NCBI RefSeq assembly: GCF_009914755.1
Contig: NC_060933.1
Source of the DNA: the human T2T-CHM13v2.0 reference genome, Homo sapiens
Length of the DNA stretch: 64,000 nt
Reading direction: 5' to 3' (one strand)
Below the pieces are notes generated by a model. The model saw only the letters and a program-made list of their open reading frames with translations, did no database searches and had not been told where the DNA came from. A program made the translations under genes and the position numbers. Positions 14,530-26,785 of this stretch are shown here, piece by piece. How positions within the stretch are numbered: position 1 is the stretch's first letter; every line of letters starts with the position of its first letter.

Positions 14530-15385
14530 AGATCCTCCCTAGTTCTCACCTGAATTATTATTAAGCCTCCTTGCCTCCTGACTCTCCCTCATTTTACTCA
14601 CTCAGCCTCCATCTCCTGAGTTAAGGAGCAGTCACATAATTTGCAGGGCCCAGTGCAAAATGAAGGGCCCCTTATTCAAAAGTATTGAAACTTTCAACAC
14701 AATAGCAGTGCATTAACCAAGTGCAAGGCCCTTCTGTGCATGGGGCTCTTTGTGTCTATGTGACTGCACTGGTTGTATATCCATGAAGCCAGTCCTTTCA
14801 GAGTTCAATTCTTTTAAAGCACAGTTTTGGTCATGGTAAGCCCTTGCTCAAAAACTTTCAATAGCTCTACATTGTCTAGGGTGCTAATTTTAGGGTCCTG
14901 TGAATTCTGATCCCAGTCAACCTTCCCTGCTTCCTCTCCTAGAAGTCCCTTTATATGCCTTAGGTGCCTTCCAAACAGAACTACTCAACCTTCCCCAGAG
15001 GTATCCTTTCCTGTATCTGTGCCTTTATTTGTACTATTCCATTGCTTAGAATGTAGAACCTCCCACTTCCCATCAACACAAATCCTTTACGAAGTCTTCC
15101 CTGATCCTTTCATTTTTCAGAAATCTTTTCTCCATTTGAATTTCGAATAGAATTTTAGCAGAGTTCTTTTTGTGTTCATTCATTCCCTAGTGAGCTCTCA
15201 AGATTGTGCTAGACACTGTGGAAGGTACTGAAACGAGTGCTGCCTATTCTGTTCTGTGACTTTGCTGCTAGACTCCTTTAAGCTCCCGAGGGCAGGTTTT
15301 GCCTAGATTCGCCTATGTCTGGCCTTCCAGTCAGTGGGTACGTACTCACTAAATATTTGTCAATTCAATAAAAGAATGAATAAAC
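14530..15385 (+). mobile_element. L2 3' region interrupted by MER45A
   Basis: Degenerate L2 motifs ending ACTCACTAAATATTTGTCAATTCAATAAAAGAATGAATAAA. Confidence 0.55.
14623..14797 (-). mobile_element. MER45A (hAT-Tip100)
   Basis: ACATAATTTGCAGGGCCCAGTGCAAAATGAA...CATTAACCAAGTGC...CCATGAAGCCAGTCCT matches the reverse complement of the recalled MER45A consensus. Confidence 0.8.
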
Positions 15386-15422
15386 CAATGGCTGCCAGAC
15401 AACTTTCAAGAAAGGAGCATAC

Positions 15423-16320
15423 CAAATCAAACCTACAGTGAGATGTCACCTCACACCTGTTAGAATGGCTATTATCAAAAAGTCAAGAGATAACAAGTAT
15501 TGATGAGGGTGTTGAAAAAAGGGAGCCCTAGTACACTGTTGGTGGGAATGTAAATTAGTACAGCCATTATGGAAAAGAGTATGGAGGTTCCTCAAACAAT
15601 TAAAAATAGAACTACCACATGAACCAGCAATCCCTTCACTGAGTATATGCCTAAAAGAAATGATATCAGTATCTCAAAGAGATATCTGCACCCTCATGAA
15701 CATTGCAGCATTATTCACAATAATTAAGATATGGAAACAACCAAAACATTCATTGATGGATAATGAGAGAAGAAAATGTGATACATGTATATATCATAGT
15801 ACATATACAATGGAATACTGTTCAGCCTTAAAAAAGGAAAATGCTGCAATTTGTGACAACGTGCGTGAACCTGAAGAACATTGTGCTAAGTGAAATAAGC
15901 CAGACATAGAAAGACAAATACTGCATGACCTCACTTATATGTGGAATCTTAAAAAGAAGGACACATAGAAACAGAGTAGAACGGTGCTTTCCAGGGATGG
16001 GGAGGGGAAGGAAATGGGAAGCTATAGGTCAAAGGGTACAAACTTGCAGTTATGTAGGGTAAGTCTAGAGATCTAATGTACAATACGAGGACTACAGTTA
16101 ATAATATTGTATTATATATTGAAAGCTTGCTAAGAGAGATTTTATGTGCTTTTACCACACAAACACACGCACAACCATACACACACATACGCACACACAG
16201 TTAATTATGGAAGATGACGGATATGTTAAATTGCTTAGTTGTAGTAGTCATTTAAGTATGGACACATATCAAGACATCATATTGTACATCTTAAATTTAT
16301 ACAATAAAAATAAATTTAAA
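15423..16320 (+). mobile_element. L1MA8/9-like, 5'-truncated
   Basis: ORF2 C-terminal and 3'UTR motifs; TSD AAGAAAGGAGCATAC (~15408) / AAGAAAAGGGCATAC (16321). Confidence 0.85.
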
Positions 16321-16334
16321 AAGAAAAGGGCATA

Positions 16335-17130
16335 CATTCATTTGTTAAGTAAATATTTTTTGAGCATCTACTATGTGTTAGACTCTAAGTGTTGGGAATA
16401 TAGAAATGCAAAAGGCAGATTGGTCCATGTTTGCATGAAGCTTACAGTTTTTATGGGGGAGGCATAGAATAAACGACAAACAATCAAAGAAACAAACCAG
16501 AAAAATAATAACTGCTCCTAAGTGTGTTGGATGTCATTATGAATGGATGGTGTGTTTGAGGGTGTCTGAGAGATTCTTTTGGATTGAATTATCAGGGAGG
16601 TTGATACCACCAGGTGACATTTAAGCTGAGCTCTGAGTGTCAAGAAGGAGAAGCTTTGGGAAAGTAAAGAGCAGAGGGTTTAATGCAGAGAATCTGGGCA
16701 GTGAAAAGTCCTCAAGGTGAAGATTAGCTTAGGGTATCAAGGAAGAGAAAGGTCAGAGTGGCCAGAGCAAAGTGGACATAGCGAGAGAACTGAGATGAGC
16801 TGAGAGGCAGTCAGAGTGGGCACTTAGGACTCTATAAGCCGGAAAAAGAGTTTTGATTTTTATTCTAAGTGTGAAGGAATGCCTTTGTGGACTGAGAAGG
16901 TTGGGCCTAAGCACAGGAAGAATGATTTGAATTCCATACTGTGGCTTGTGAAGTGGCAAGAATGGAAAGAAGGAGAGTTTAGGCTGAAATAGTCCAGGTG
17001 AGAATCACTAGTGGCTTGGACTAGGGTAGTAGCGACTTAATTACCCAGGTGTTTGTGCTGTTCTGGGAGATAGAGGAGATTAGGAGGGATACTACAGAGA
17101 AGTTCCACCAAGCAGATAAGGAAAGTCTGG
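16335..17130 (-). mobile_element. L2a-like
   Basis: CATTCATTTGTTAAGTAAATATTTTTTGAGCATCTACTATGTG... antisense L2 3' end and body. Confidence 0.75.
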
Positions 17131-17135
17131 ATGGG

Positions 17136-17758
17136 TGTGGCATGCAATAAAGGATTAACCTTGCCCAAAAGCAGGTCTGGCATGTGTCCTTGGCCACTGG
17201 GAGGTAACCTCTAATGCCTTGGAATGTCCCGCCTGATTTGTTTACCTGGGAACCTTGGGCCATGCTAGATAGTCCACGCTAACCATATGATTTATAATGG
17301 GGGGCCTTGGGCCATGAAGTATCAGCTCATCATCTGGAAGGGCTGGAGACTAAGGTCAGTTAAGGGGACAGCCAAACATGTCCATGTTACTGAGTCCCAG
17401 TAGAAACTTTTGGACACCAAGATTCAGATGAGATTGCCTGATTGGCAATACTCTGTGTGCATTGTTATACATCACAGCTGTGAAAGTAAGCACTAGCTGC
17501 ACAACTCCCCTGGGAGAGGACAACTGGAAGCTCCATGCTTGGAACTCTCCTGAACCCTGCCCTATGTTCCTCTCCTCACGGCTGCTTTTAATCTGTAGCC
17601 CTCTGCTGTGATTAACTGTAATCTTGAGTGTAATGGCTTTCAGTGGGTTTTGTGCATCTTTCTAGCAAATTATCAAATCTGAGGATGGTCTTGGAGCCCC
17701 CTGAACTTGCAGTTGGTATCATAAGTGAGGGTGGTCATGGGGATCCCCAAACTTTGCG
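17136..17758 (+). mobile_element. MER77-like (MER21/68/77 group) ERVL solo LTR
   Basis: TGTGGCATGCAATAAAGGATTAACCTTGCCC...GGGCTGGAGACTAAGGTCAG...TGGACACCAAG...; 5-bp TSD ATGGG (17131-35, 17759-63). Confidence 0.8.
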
Positions 17759-18173
17759 ATGGGGGTAAAAAAAAACCTGACAAAGGGAAGCCCTGAGTGA
17801 CCAATATCAGCTTATATGCCATTGGTCAGCTGAGTCTTAGGAGGATTGAGGAGTGAGAAGAGAGTAACGAACCCTGCTGTCCCTTGGCAATTGTCTCAGG
17901 GAATTTTTTTCTCCTCTACACCCATGTTACATTGAGAATAATCTAAACTCTTCTGGCCAGAGAGCTATCTATAATGTAACCTGGAGAGACAGCAATGAAG
18001 GATAATGTCTTTAGTCATTGCATGTGTGGATATCTGTGGGCAGAAATAGCATTTTTGATAAGCCAGTCACCAATATGGTCTTCATCTAATTGAATTCATT
18101 CACTGCTACATTAAAAAAGAAGCTGACACAATTGAAGAATGAGTTCAATAAACCTATCTTGCCACAGAGACAG

Positions 18174-18174
<1 letters not shown>

Positions 18175-18216
<42 letters not shown>
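18175..18216. repeat. (TG)~21 microsatellite
   Basis: Seen directly. Confidence 0.95.
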
Positions 18217-18219
<3 letters not shown>

Positions 18220-18669
18220 ACATGGATCTCATCCTAAAGAAAAAATAAATCTTGGCTTCAATCAAATGAAGACTCATTTCACATGGCAGCCTCCTCGCAT
18301 ACAGCTGATGGTTGAAGCATGTGGAATTATTTAAAATTGAAGCCTTTGAAAATGAGGACATGACACTCAATATATCATCCTCTTCTCTGAGGTTTAAAGG
18401 GTTCTTCAAAACATAAGCCAGACCAGTTGCTATTTTAATAAAGCTGTAAGTATCATTTCATGGGCTTAATGAGGGCTTCCCCATTTGGCATCTCTCAGCA
18501 TCCCCACAAACTTGGCTGTAGATGTTGCCATAGATGTGTTGGATAGAGGCTGCTTGGGAAAGTGTGTCTTGTTTCACAGGCTCTACCATGGACAAGGGCA
18601 GCCATAACAATTGTTCAGAACTTCAAAAACCAGATATTCCCTCCTGGATACCTCAGCTTGGATCAGGAT

Positions 18670-19190
18670 TGTATTAGTTTTCTACTGCTCCATAGTAAAT
18701 CACCACAAGATTAGTGGCTTAAAGCTTCTCTGGGTCAGGAGTCTGGGCTCGGTGAGCTGAGTCCTCTGCTTTAGGGTTTCTCACAAGGCTGCAATCAAGT
18801 TGTCAGCCAGGGCTGTGGTCTCATCTGAAAGTTCAACTGCAGAAGAATCCATGCTCTGCTTCTCAGCCCATTCAGGTTGGCAGAATTCAGTTCCTGGAGG
18901 ACTGTTTGATTGAGAGCCTTAGGTCATTGCTGGCTATTTGCTATAAGCCACCCTCAGATCTTTTCCATGTGGGCCTCTCCAACATGGCCATCTCCTTTAT
19001 CAAAATACGCAAGTGAGGAAGCAAGAAAGAAAGTTTGCTAGCCAATGTGGAGATTATAACCTCATCACATCCCATCACCTCTGCTGTATCCTATTGGCCA
19101 ACTCACACTCAAGGGGAGAGGATTGCACAAGGGAGTGATACCAGGACATGGAGATCACTGGGGACTATTTTAGCATCAGCCTGCCATGAG
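18670..19190 (-). mobile_element. MLT1E/F-like LTR
   Basis: TGTATTAGTTTTCTACTGCT...CTCACAAGGCTGCAATCAAG...GGCAGAATTCAGTTCCT...CACACTCAAGGGGAGAGGATT. Confidence 0.75.
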
Positions 19191-20392
19191 GAGGCTATCC
19201 CTGATTGGAGAAGTCACAGCAGTATCCTTTTATAAAAAATATGCTGCATATTCCTGAGTTTCAAAAATATTCATGCAGCAGGCAAATTATATCTTTGAAG
19301 AAACTGTGATGTCCTGGTGGCAAACTTATGTCTCTATATTTTCATTTATCTTCTCATCTTTCTCATGAAATGCTATTTTCTATTCTCTCCAGAATCTATT
19401 TCCTTTTATTCCTCCCCTTATCACTAACCTAGTTGGGGAAATAGCTGGTCAAATTATAATCTGGGAAGAGCTCTGATTCCTAGAGGTTGGACAGAGTAGA
19501 CTAGAACTTAGCTGGTGGGTGGTATTGTGTCTGCTTAGGGAAGCTTCCTGACCTTGGATTTCACAGTTTCACCATTTCTCTTTTATGCTTATGAGGCTCT
19601 GAATCAGACACCCACACAGTTCCAGAGCTGTTTCCTAGAGCTGTCTTCATGACAAAGGATTTCCAGGGAATTCCATGCTCTATCTTCTGTAGTTTTAAAA
19701 CATATTGAATCTGTTCCTGCCAGTTTTCCTGAGATGTGAGTTAAAGTTACAGATGGCATTCAAATAGAAAAACCTACACGTCTTTTTCAAATGGTCAGTT
19801 ATATCAGGGATTAGAAAATTGTTGTTATTGTTTTGTTTGCCGTAACAATCAAACACTAGACTAATTCATTCAATCTCTCATTCACACAGTCACCTTCTAC
19901 TCATTCAAGAATAGTCATTGGCTGCCCACTGCAGCTGCTGAGAGTGACAAGATATCAAAGGCAAAGTTACTGCTCTTACTGGTCCTTGCTCTCCCCATCC
20001 TCATGGTATTTCTTCTTAGTGCGAACAAAGGTACCTGCACACTGCTCTGCCCTTTCCTAGAAATAGTATTTTATCTCTAGTGCCTGGTATGGAATTAACA
20101 TTTCCTTTGTCTGAACAGAGGGAGTCAAGGGCAATTCTTAGGCCCAATCAAATCAGCAGCCCCTTCTGCAGGTTCTTCTGGGGACCCAGGTGCTATCAGG
20201 AGCCCGCCTGCACTGGGTTTGGGTCTGACCCAAGAGTTTGCAAGGTTCCTCCTTTCATAACCTGGTTGGGGGTAGAGGATGGAGAAGAGAGGGAAATGGG
20301 AGGGATGTTAGGATCTTGCAGGCTAGAGAGGGTATTAGAGCCTTTAAAAGACAAGACAAGATGGTGGATCCCTGAGCCTGTAGGGGTCTAGA

Positions 20393-20577
20393 GGTAGTTC
20401 TCAAACACATTAGTGCACATTAGAATCCTTTGGGGGAAGGTTTTTTGAAATGAAAATTATCTGTCTCCATTCACAGGTATTTTGACTCAGGGGCCCAAAT
20501 ATGGCCTAGGAGTCTGCATTTGCATTTTGCATTTCTCATAATTCGGATGCTGGAGGTCCACGTTTAGAAACAGTGGG
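20393..20577. mobile_element. MER5A (hAT-Charlie)
   Basis: GGTAGTTCTCAAAC...CATTAGAATC...GGCCTAGGAGTCTGCATTT...TTTAGAAACAGTG. Confidence 0.65.
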
Positions 20578-22954
20578 ACTTTAGCAAAATAGATAGATTA
20601 CATGTAAACCGTAAGAAGAAAGAATCCAAGGAATACATTTACTGCTTGTTTTTCCCTTCATTGATTTCAGATATATAATCCCAAACTCAATACAGTCTAC
20701 TTGTTTTTGACCAGAGGTAGAGTGACTGCAGGGCTTATTAGATGAGTGAGATCTGAAAGCTGAAATGAAACCAACTGGCTACTTAATTCAGTTATTCATC
20801 TACTCCAGGCAAGGAGCATTCATTCACTTCCTTTCTTTTCTTTCATTCAAGAACGTAGTCACCTATACTTTATGAATGAAAGCCAGCAGCCTTTCACAGC
20901 TAGACAAATAATGCCAGCTTTGGACAACCAGACAATGTCTCCTCTGTATTGATGTCTCTAAATCACGCCCTGAGTACCCACTGCTGTTATTCTCTCTGAA
21001 AGAAACCAAACCAAAGTTTTGGAATTGCAAAGACTGAGAGTGGGAATTCTATGGGCTACTAAAGAGAAAAAGAACAAGTCTAAGATGACGAATATAATAC
21101 AATGTAATACAACACAATATAATAAAATATCCATCCATATATGTGTATACATGTTTTAATATTTCATGATGTAAACTTGTGACTTTTAAGAAATATTATG
21201 GTATAATATTTTTATGAGAGAAACAGGTGGAAGAAAAACTCCATGCTATTAATATTGTTTTTTTTTATCCTAATTGGGGGATTGGGGATGTAGGAAATTA
21301 TTACTGCTTTTCCTATCTTTGTAACATTTTTCCTAAGGTAGAATTCATATTTTTGTATTAAAATTTTTAATAATAGAATATTATATAATAATTACAAGGA
21401 AGAGGTCTCAGGCATGTCAAAGTTAAAGGAAGAGCCCAAGTTCAAAGTAGATACACTTCCTAGAGAAGATGTGTTTTTGTTTTGTTTTGTTTGCAATTTC
21501 ACTTGAAATCTGGGTTGCCTTGGCTTCCTTTAATTTAAGATTTTATTACCAATGATTGTGTAGGACCTGGATTTTATTAAAGAAAAGATTTTACTATGAA
21601 TGAATAATTCAAATAAGGAAATGGTGCAGACCAGGCTTAAGGACATAATGCAGAGGCTGACTGTTTTGAATGTGTCAGAGCTAACCCCTGAAGTCTTCTG
21701 GAGAATACATAGACAACTGAAATTGCTTCCTTTGACAACCCATTCGGCTGCCCTAGGGTAGAGGCCCCAGACTGGCCTTTTTGCTAGCTTCCAGCTAAGT
21801 AATGTTTTACCCAGAGCATGAAAATCTAAGTTTGTGTTCCAAAGTGACTTAGTTTTTCTGTTTTCCTTCTTCCTTTTCTTATATGTAAATCCTGTGAGGT
21901 TTTGTTTTTTGCCTTGATTAGAGGAAATCAACCTATTATTATTTTTCACTATATACAAATAAACAGTATGCTAATAATTTTACTGTATGTTCTTGAATTA
22001 TTTTTTGTTATCCTGGAGATTCTGCTGTGATATAGCCCTTCAGAAAAATGTGCAGATTCAAGGGCACCTGGTCTGAATCTGGTCTGTACCTGGTCCTCTT
22101 GGATCCTTGGCTCATCTCTTGGCTCCTGTGGTAAGTCTTGGGTGGCAACTGAGCTCTTTGGCTCTCACACGCTAAATCTGATTCTTGGTTACATCTGTTT
22201 CTGATTCTGATTCTTGGTCTGCTTGAACAGAGCTGATTTAATCCATCATGGTGGGAACTATGGTGGAACCTGGGTTTTCATCTTATGGCCAGACCGTTGA
22301 ATGACTTCTGTTAATTGGCAGCTGACAGGAAATATGAAATCTAGTGTCTGTTAACTTTTTGTTATTTGGCTGAGAATTCTGATGGTTCTTGGTCCTTGAT
22401 AATATAGAGTCATAAAGTTTTTGGAGTTTTTCTTACTATTGGTAGAATTCTCTGTGTTTACATGTTTTGGTTTGTATGAATTTGATGTCCTCTATCTGAT
22501 TCTAAAGCTCAGAGACTTTTTCCTTATTCCAAAATTAAGTTTTCATGTACATTTATTCTAAACCCAATAGTGCCAATATCTGTAAAGCTAAAATTCTTGC
22601 ACCAAAATTGAAAGGAAGTAGAACCCCTAGTATTCAATGATTTACTTTTATTTCTCTACACAACTGAATAATTCCAAAATTCCTCTCTTCAGGACTTATA
22701 AAATAAGGTTAATGAAAGGATATTATCACTATTGCAAAAATATAGGCACTGGAAAAACAGAAAAAAATACTATTTTGGTAAATTTAGAGGGAAATTGCAA
22801 AAGCATATAGATTTATCAGCAATGATGCTTCCCCAAAGGAAATAGTGTTGATTAATTGCATATCTTATAGTATTTGAAATTGAGAATATTGTTTACTTGA
22901 CCAATATCCTTAATACTGGTGCTCTATATTTCTGCCTTAAATTCTGCTGCTTCT

Positions 22955-24298
22955 AATGTATAGATTCAATGCTATTTCCAAATTAAATTAAACTACCATT
23001 GGGATACTTCAGAGAACTAGAAAAAACCATCTTAAAATTCACATGGAACCAAAAAAGAGCTTGAATAGCCAAGGCAGTCCTAGATAAAAAAAACAAGACA
23101 GAAACTCGACCCCTTTCTTATGCCATATATAAAAATCAACTCAAGATGGATTAAAGACTTAAATGTAAAACCCAAAACTATAAAAACCCTGGAAGACAAT
23201 CCAGACAATACCATTCTGGACATAGGAACAGGCAAAGATTTCATGATGAAGATGTCAAAAGCAATTGCAACAAAAGCAAAAATTGACAAATGAGATCTGG
23301 TTAAACCTAAAGAGCTTCTGCGTGGCAAAGGAAACTATCAACAGAATAAGCAGACAACCTACAAAATGGGAGAAAATTTTTGCAAACTATGCATCCAACA
23401 AAGATCTAATATGCAGCATCTATAAGGAACTTAAACAAATATGCCAGTAAAAAACAAACAACCCCATTAAGAAGTGGGCAAAGGACATGAACAGATACTT
23501 TTCAAAAGAAGACATACATGCAGCCAACAATCATAAAAAAAAAAGCTCAACATCACCAATTATTCAAGAAATGCAAATCAAAACCACAATAAGGCACCAT
23601 CTCACATCAGTCAGAATGGCTATTATTAAAAAGTCAAAAAATAACATGCTGGCAATGTTGTGGAGAAAAAAGAATGCTTATACACTGTTGGTGGGAGTGT
23701 AAATTAGTTCAACCATTGTGGAAGACAGTGTAGCGATTCCTCAAAGACCTAAAAACAGAAATACCACTAGACCCAGCAATCCCATTACTGGGTATATACC
23801 CAGAGGAATGTAAATTTTTCTAAAGATACATGGACACATGTGTTTATTGCAGCACTATTCACAATAGCAAAGGCATAGAATCAACCTATATGCCCGTCAA
23901 TGATAGACTGGGTAAAGAAAATGTGGTACATATACACCATGGAATACTATGCAGCCATAAAAAAGAATGAGATCATGTCCTTAGCAGGAACATGGATGGA
24001 GCTGGAGGCCATTATCCTCAGTAAACTAAAGCAGGAACAGAAAACCAAATACCACATGTTCTCACTTACGAGTGGGAGCTAAACAATGAGAACACATGGA
24101 CACATAGAGGGGAACAACACACAGTGGGGCCTATCAGAAGGCGGAGGATGGGAGGAAAAAGATGATCAGGAAAAATAACTAATGGGTGTTGGGCTTAATA
24201 CCTGAGTGATGAAATAATCCATACAACAAACCCCTGTGACATGAGTTTATATAACAAACCTGCACATGTACCCCTAAACTTAATATAAACGTTTAAAA
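22955..24298 (+). mobile_element. L1PA15/16-like, 5'-truncated with an internal deletion near 23097
   Basis: ORF2 C-terminal peptides ([45 protein letters not shown]); perfect 16-bp TSD AAATTCTGCTGCTTCT (22939-54, 24299-314). Confidence 0.9.
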
Positions 24299-25881
24299 AA
24301 ATTCTGCTGCTTCTCATAATTAGCTTCTCTGACTCGTATAAGAGTTGATAAAAATTCCCTGTTTATAAATATAAAATAGTTTTTGAGCAAATAAACAGAT
24401 ATACTTTCTGCCTCTAGAGACAGTTATTAGTAACAGATTGTAAGAGCTTCTAATATCTAATGGAGCAAGTACCTTTTCCAGTTAGTTTTTATTAAAAATA
24501 TCAAAATATTAAGTGGTTATAAAAATGTAAGGTAAGATAAATTTAAAATTCTAAATAGATTTACGTATGTTGACTATAAAATCTTTTTCTTGCTAAAACT
24601 GTAACTCTGGGGGGAAAAAGTTACACTGTAAGTTTCATTAATGACCTGGTTACTAAGTTAGAATATAAAATACAAATATTTCTTTTTAAACATGTCAGGT
24701 GATTTAATATATGACAATTTAAAGGTATAGAAAAGAGCTTTTAAAATATTCATAATCAAGATGACTGTGATAATTGGACTGATTTAATTAATTTGTTTAA
24801 GGACAACTTTACCTCTTCCCTCCATGACAGCCTTGAATATATTTTTTCATGAAAAGCCTAATAAATTTTATTTTCCTAAGTTCTTTCTATTCATAGATAA
24901 ACTAGCATCACTCTGTTAGATGCCAGGTAAACTAACATCACTTTGTTTAAAATCATAAAATTACAAAATTATGTGTTCAACTAAATTCAATTATAAAAGG
25001 TAATTGCTTTATAAAAAGAAATAATGTTACTGTGAACAAAAATAGCTATATAGTCCTTGGTTTTCTGCTTTCAGGCTTTCTGTGGAGAAAATGTTGGTTT
25101 CTTTGGTTAAAAATAGCAATTAATAAAAATGCTGAGATTATACAGTGTAACAATTTAAAAAATAAATATATGTATACAAAGATAATATGTTTTGTCTTTA
25201 TCAAGGAAATTGTTACAGTTTATTAATATGGCAAATATACACGGTCTGATATATTATACAGATTAGACAATTACAAACTTATAGAAAAGTTGGAAATACT
25301 ACAAAGACCTTTACCTTTTATTTTATGAGCCATTTGAGAATAATGGCTATCCCATTACCCAATACCCTATCACTCTGATTATTATGTACACTATTTTCTA
25401 CAAACAAAGCTATTCTTGCATAAAACCACAATACAACTGTTAAAATTGGGAAATTAAACTTGATATATTATTACCATAAAACTATTACCATACAATCACT
25501 GAATGGCATTCAAATTTCCTAATAATATCCTTGATAGCAAAAGGATCCAGTTCAGAATTACAAGTCACATTTAGTTGTCATTTCTCTCTTATCTCCTTCA
25601 GTCTGGAACAGTTCTTCACTCTTTGCTTGATTTTCATGACCTTGACAATTATAGGTCAGTTATTTTATAGAATGTCCTTCAGTTTGACTTCGTCCAATGT
25701 TCCCTAGTGACTAACACAGGTTCTGAGCCTTTGGCAGGAATATCATAGAAGTGATGATGTGTTCTTCTCACTGCACTCCCTCGGATGGTACATAATGTCA
25801 ATTTGTCCTATCACTGGTGATGTTCACTTTGGTCACGAGGTAAAGGTGGCATCTGCCTGCCTTCTCCACTGGAAAGGTACC

Positions 25882-26243
25882 TGTATTAGTCTATTCCTAG
25901 GCTGCTAATAAAGACATACCTGAGACTGGGTAATTTATAAAGAAAAAGAGGTTAATGGACTCACAGTTCCACATGGCAAGGGAGGCCTCACCAGTCATGG
26001 TGGAAAGCAAAGGAGGAGCAAAGGCACATCTTACATGGTGACATGCAAGAGGGCATGTGCAGGGGAACTGCCCTTTATAAAACCATCAGATCTCATGAGA
26101 CTTATTCACTATCAAGAGAACAGTATGGGGAAAAACCTGCCCCCATGATTCAGTTACCTCCCACTGGGTCCCTCCCATGACATGAGAGGATTATTACAAT
26201 TCAAGGTGAGATTTGGGTGGGGACACAGAGCCAAATCATATCA
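25882..26243 (-). mobile_element. THE1 (B/C-like) solo LTR
   Basis: TGTATTAGTC...GAGATTTGGGTGGGGACACAGAGCCAAATCATATCA; TSD GTACC on both sides. Confidence 0.92.
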
Positions 26244-26740
26244 GTACCCTTCTCCATAACCCATTTGTCATACAACTAAGCCTTTTTCCCTCCCTCCTTC
26301 CCTTCCCTTCCTTCCCTCCCTCCCTCCTTCCATTCTATTGACTCATGGATTTGTATTTTATTCAATGGTTCATAATCTGCTTCTGTCATTTTTTTTCTAT
26401 TGCCCCTAATTTGACCCTTGAGAGAAGATCAATTCAAGTGGGTCCCTATGTTCTTTTGAAATGTTCCATCATCCTTTGAGTACTTCTTTGCTTTCTGGCA
26501 CAAGCCGTTTTAGGCTCATCTTGCACTTTTCCAGTCCTAGCTCTGGAATGAGTCATTTCTCCAAGGAGCTTTGGTTCCTTTTTGTGGAGAATCATATCTG
26601 GAAACCCAGATTTGTGGGCCAAGTATCCTCATTTTTATTGGGATATTACTGCTCCCAGACCCTCTCTTAGTGGACAGAACTAGGGAATATATGTTTGTAT
26701 GTACATATTACATGTACATACAGATATGCATACATTTGTT

Positions 26741-26785
26741 TCTATCTATCTATCTGTCTATCTATCTATCTGTCATCTATCTATC
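26741..26785. repeat. (TCTA/TCTG)n tetranucleotide repeat
   Basis: Seen directly. Confidence 0.9.
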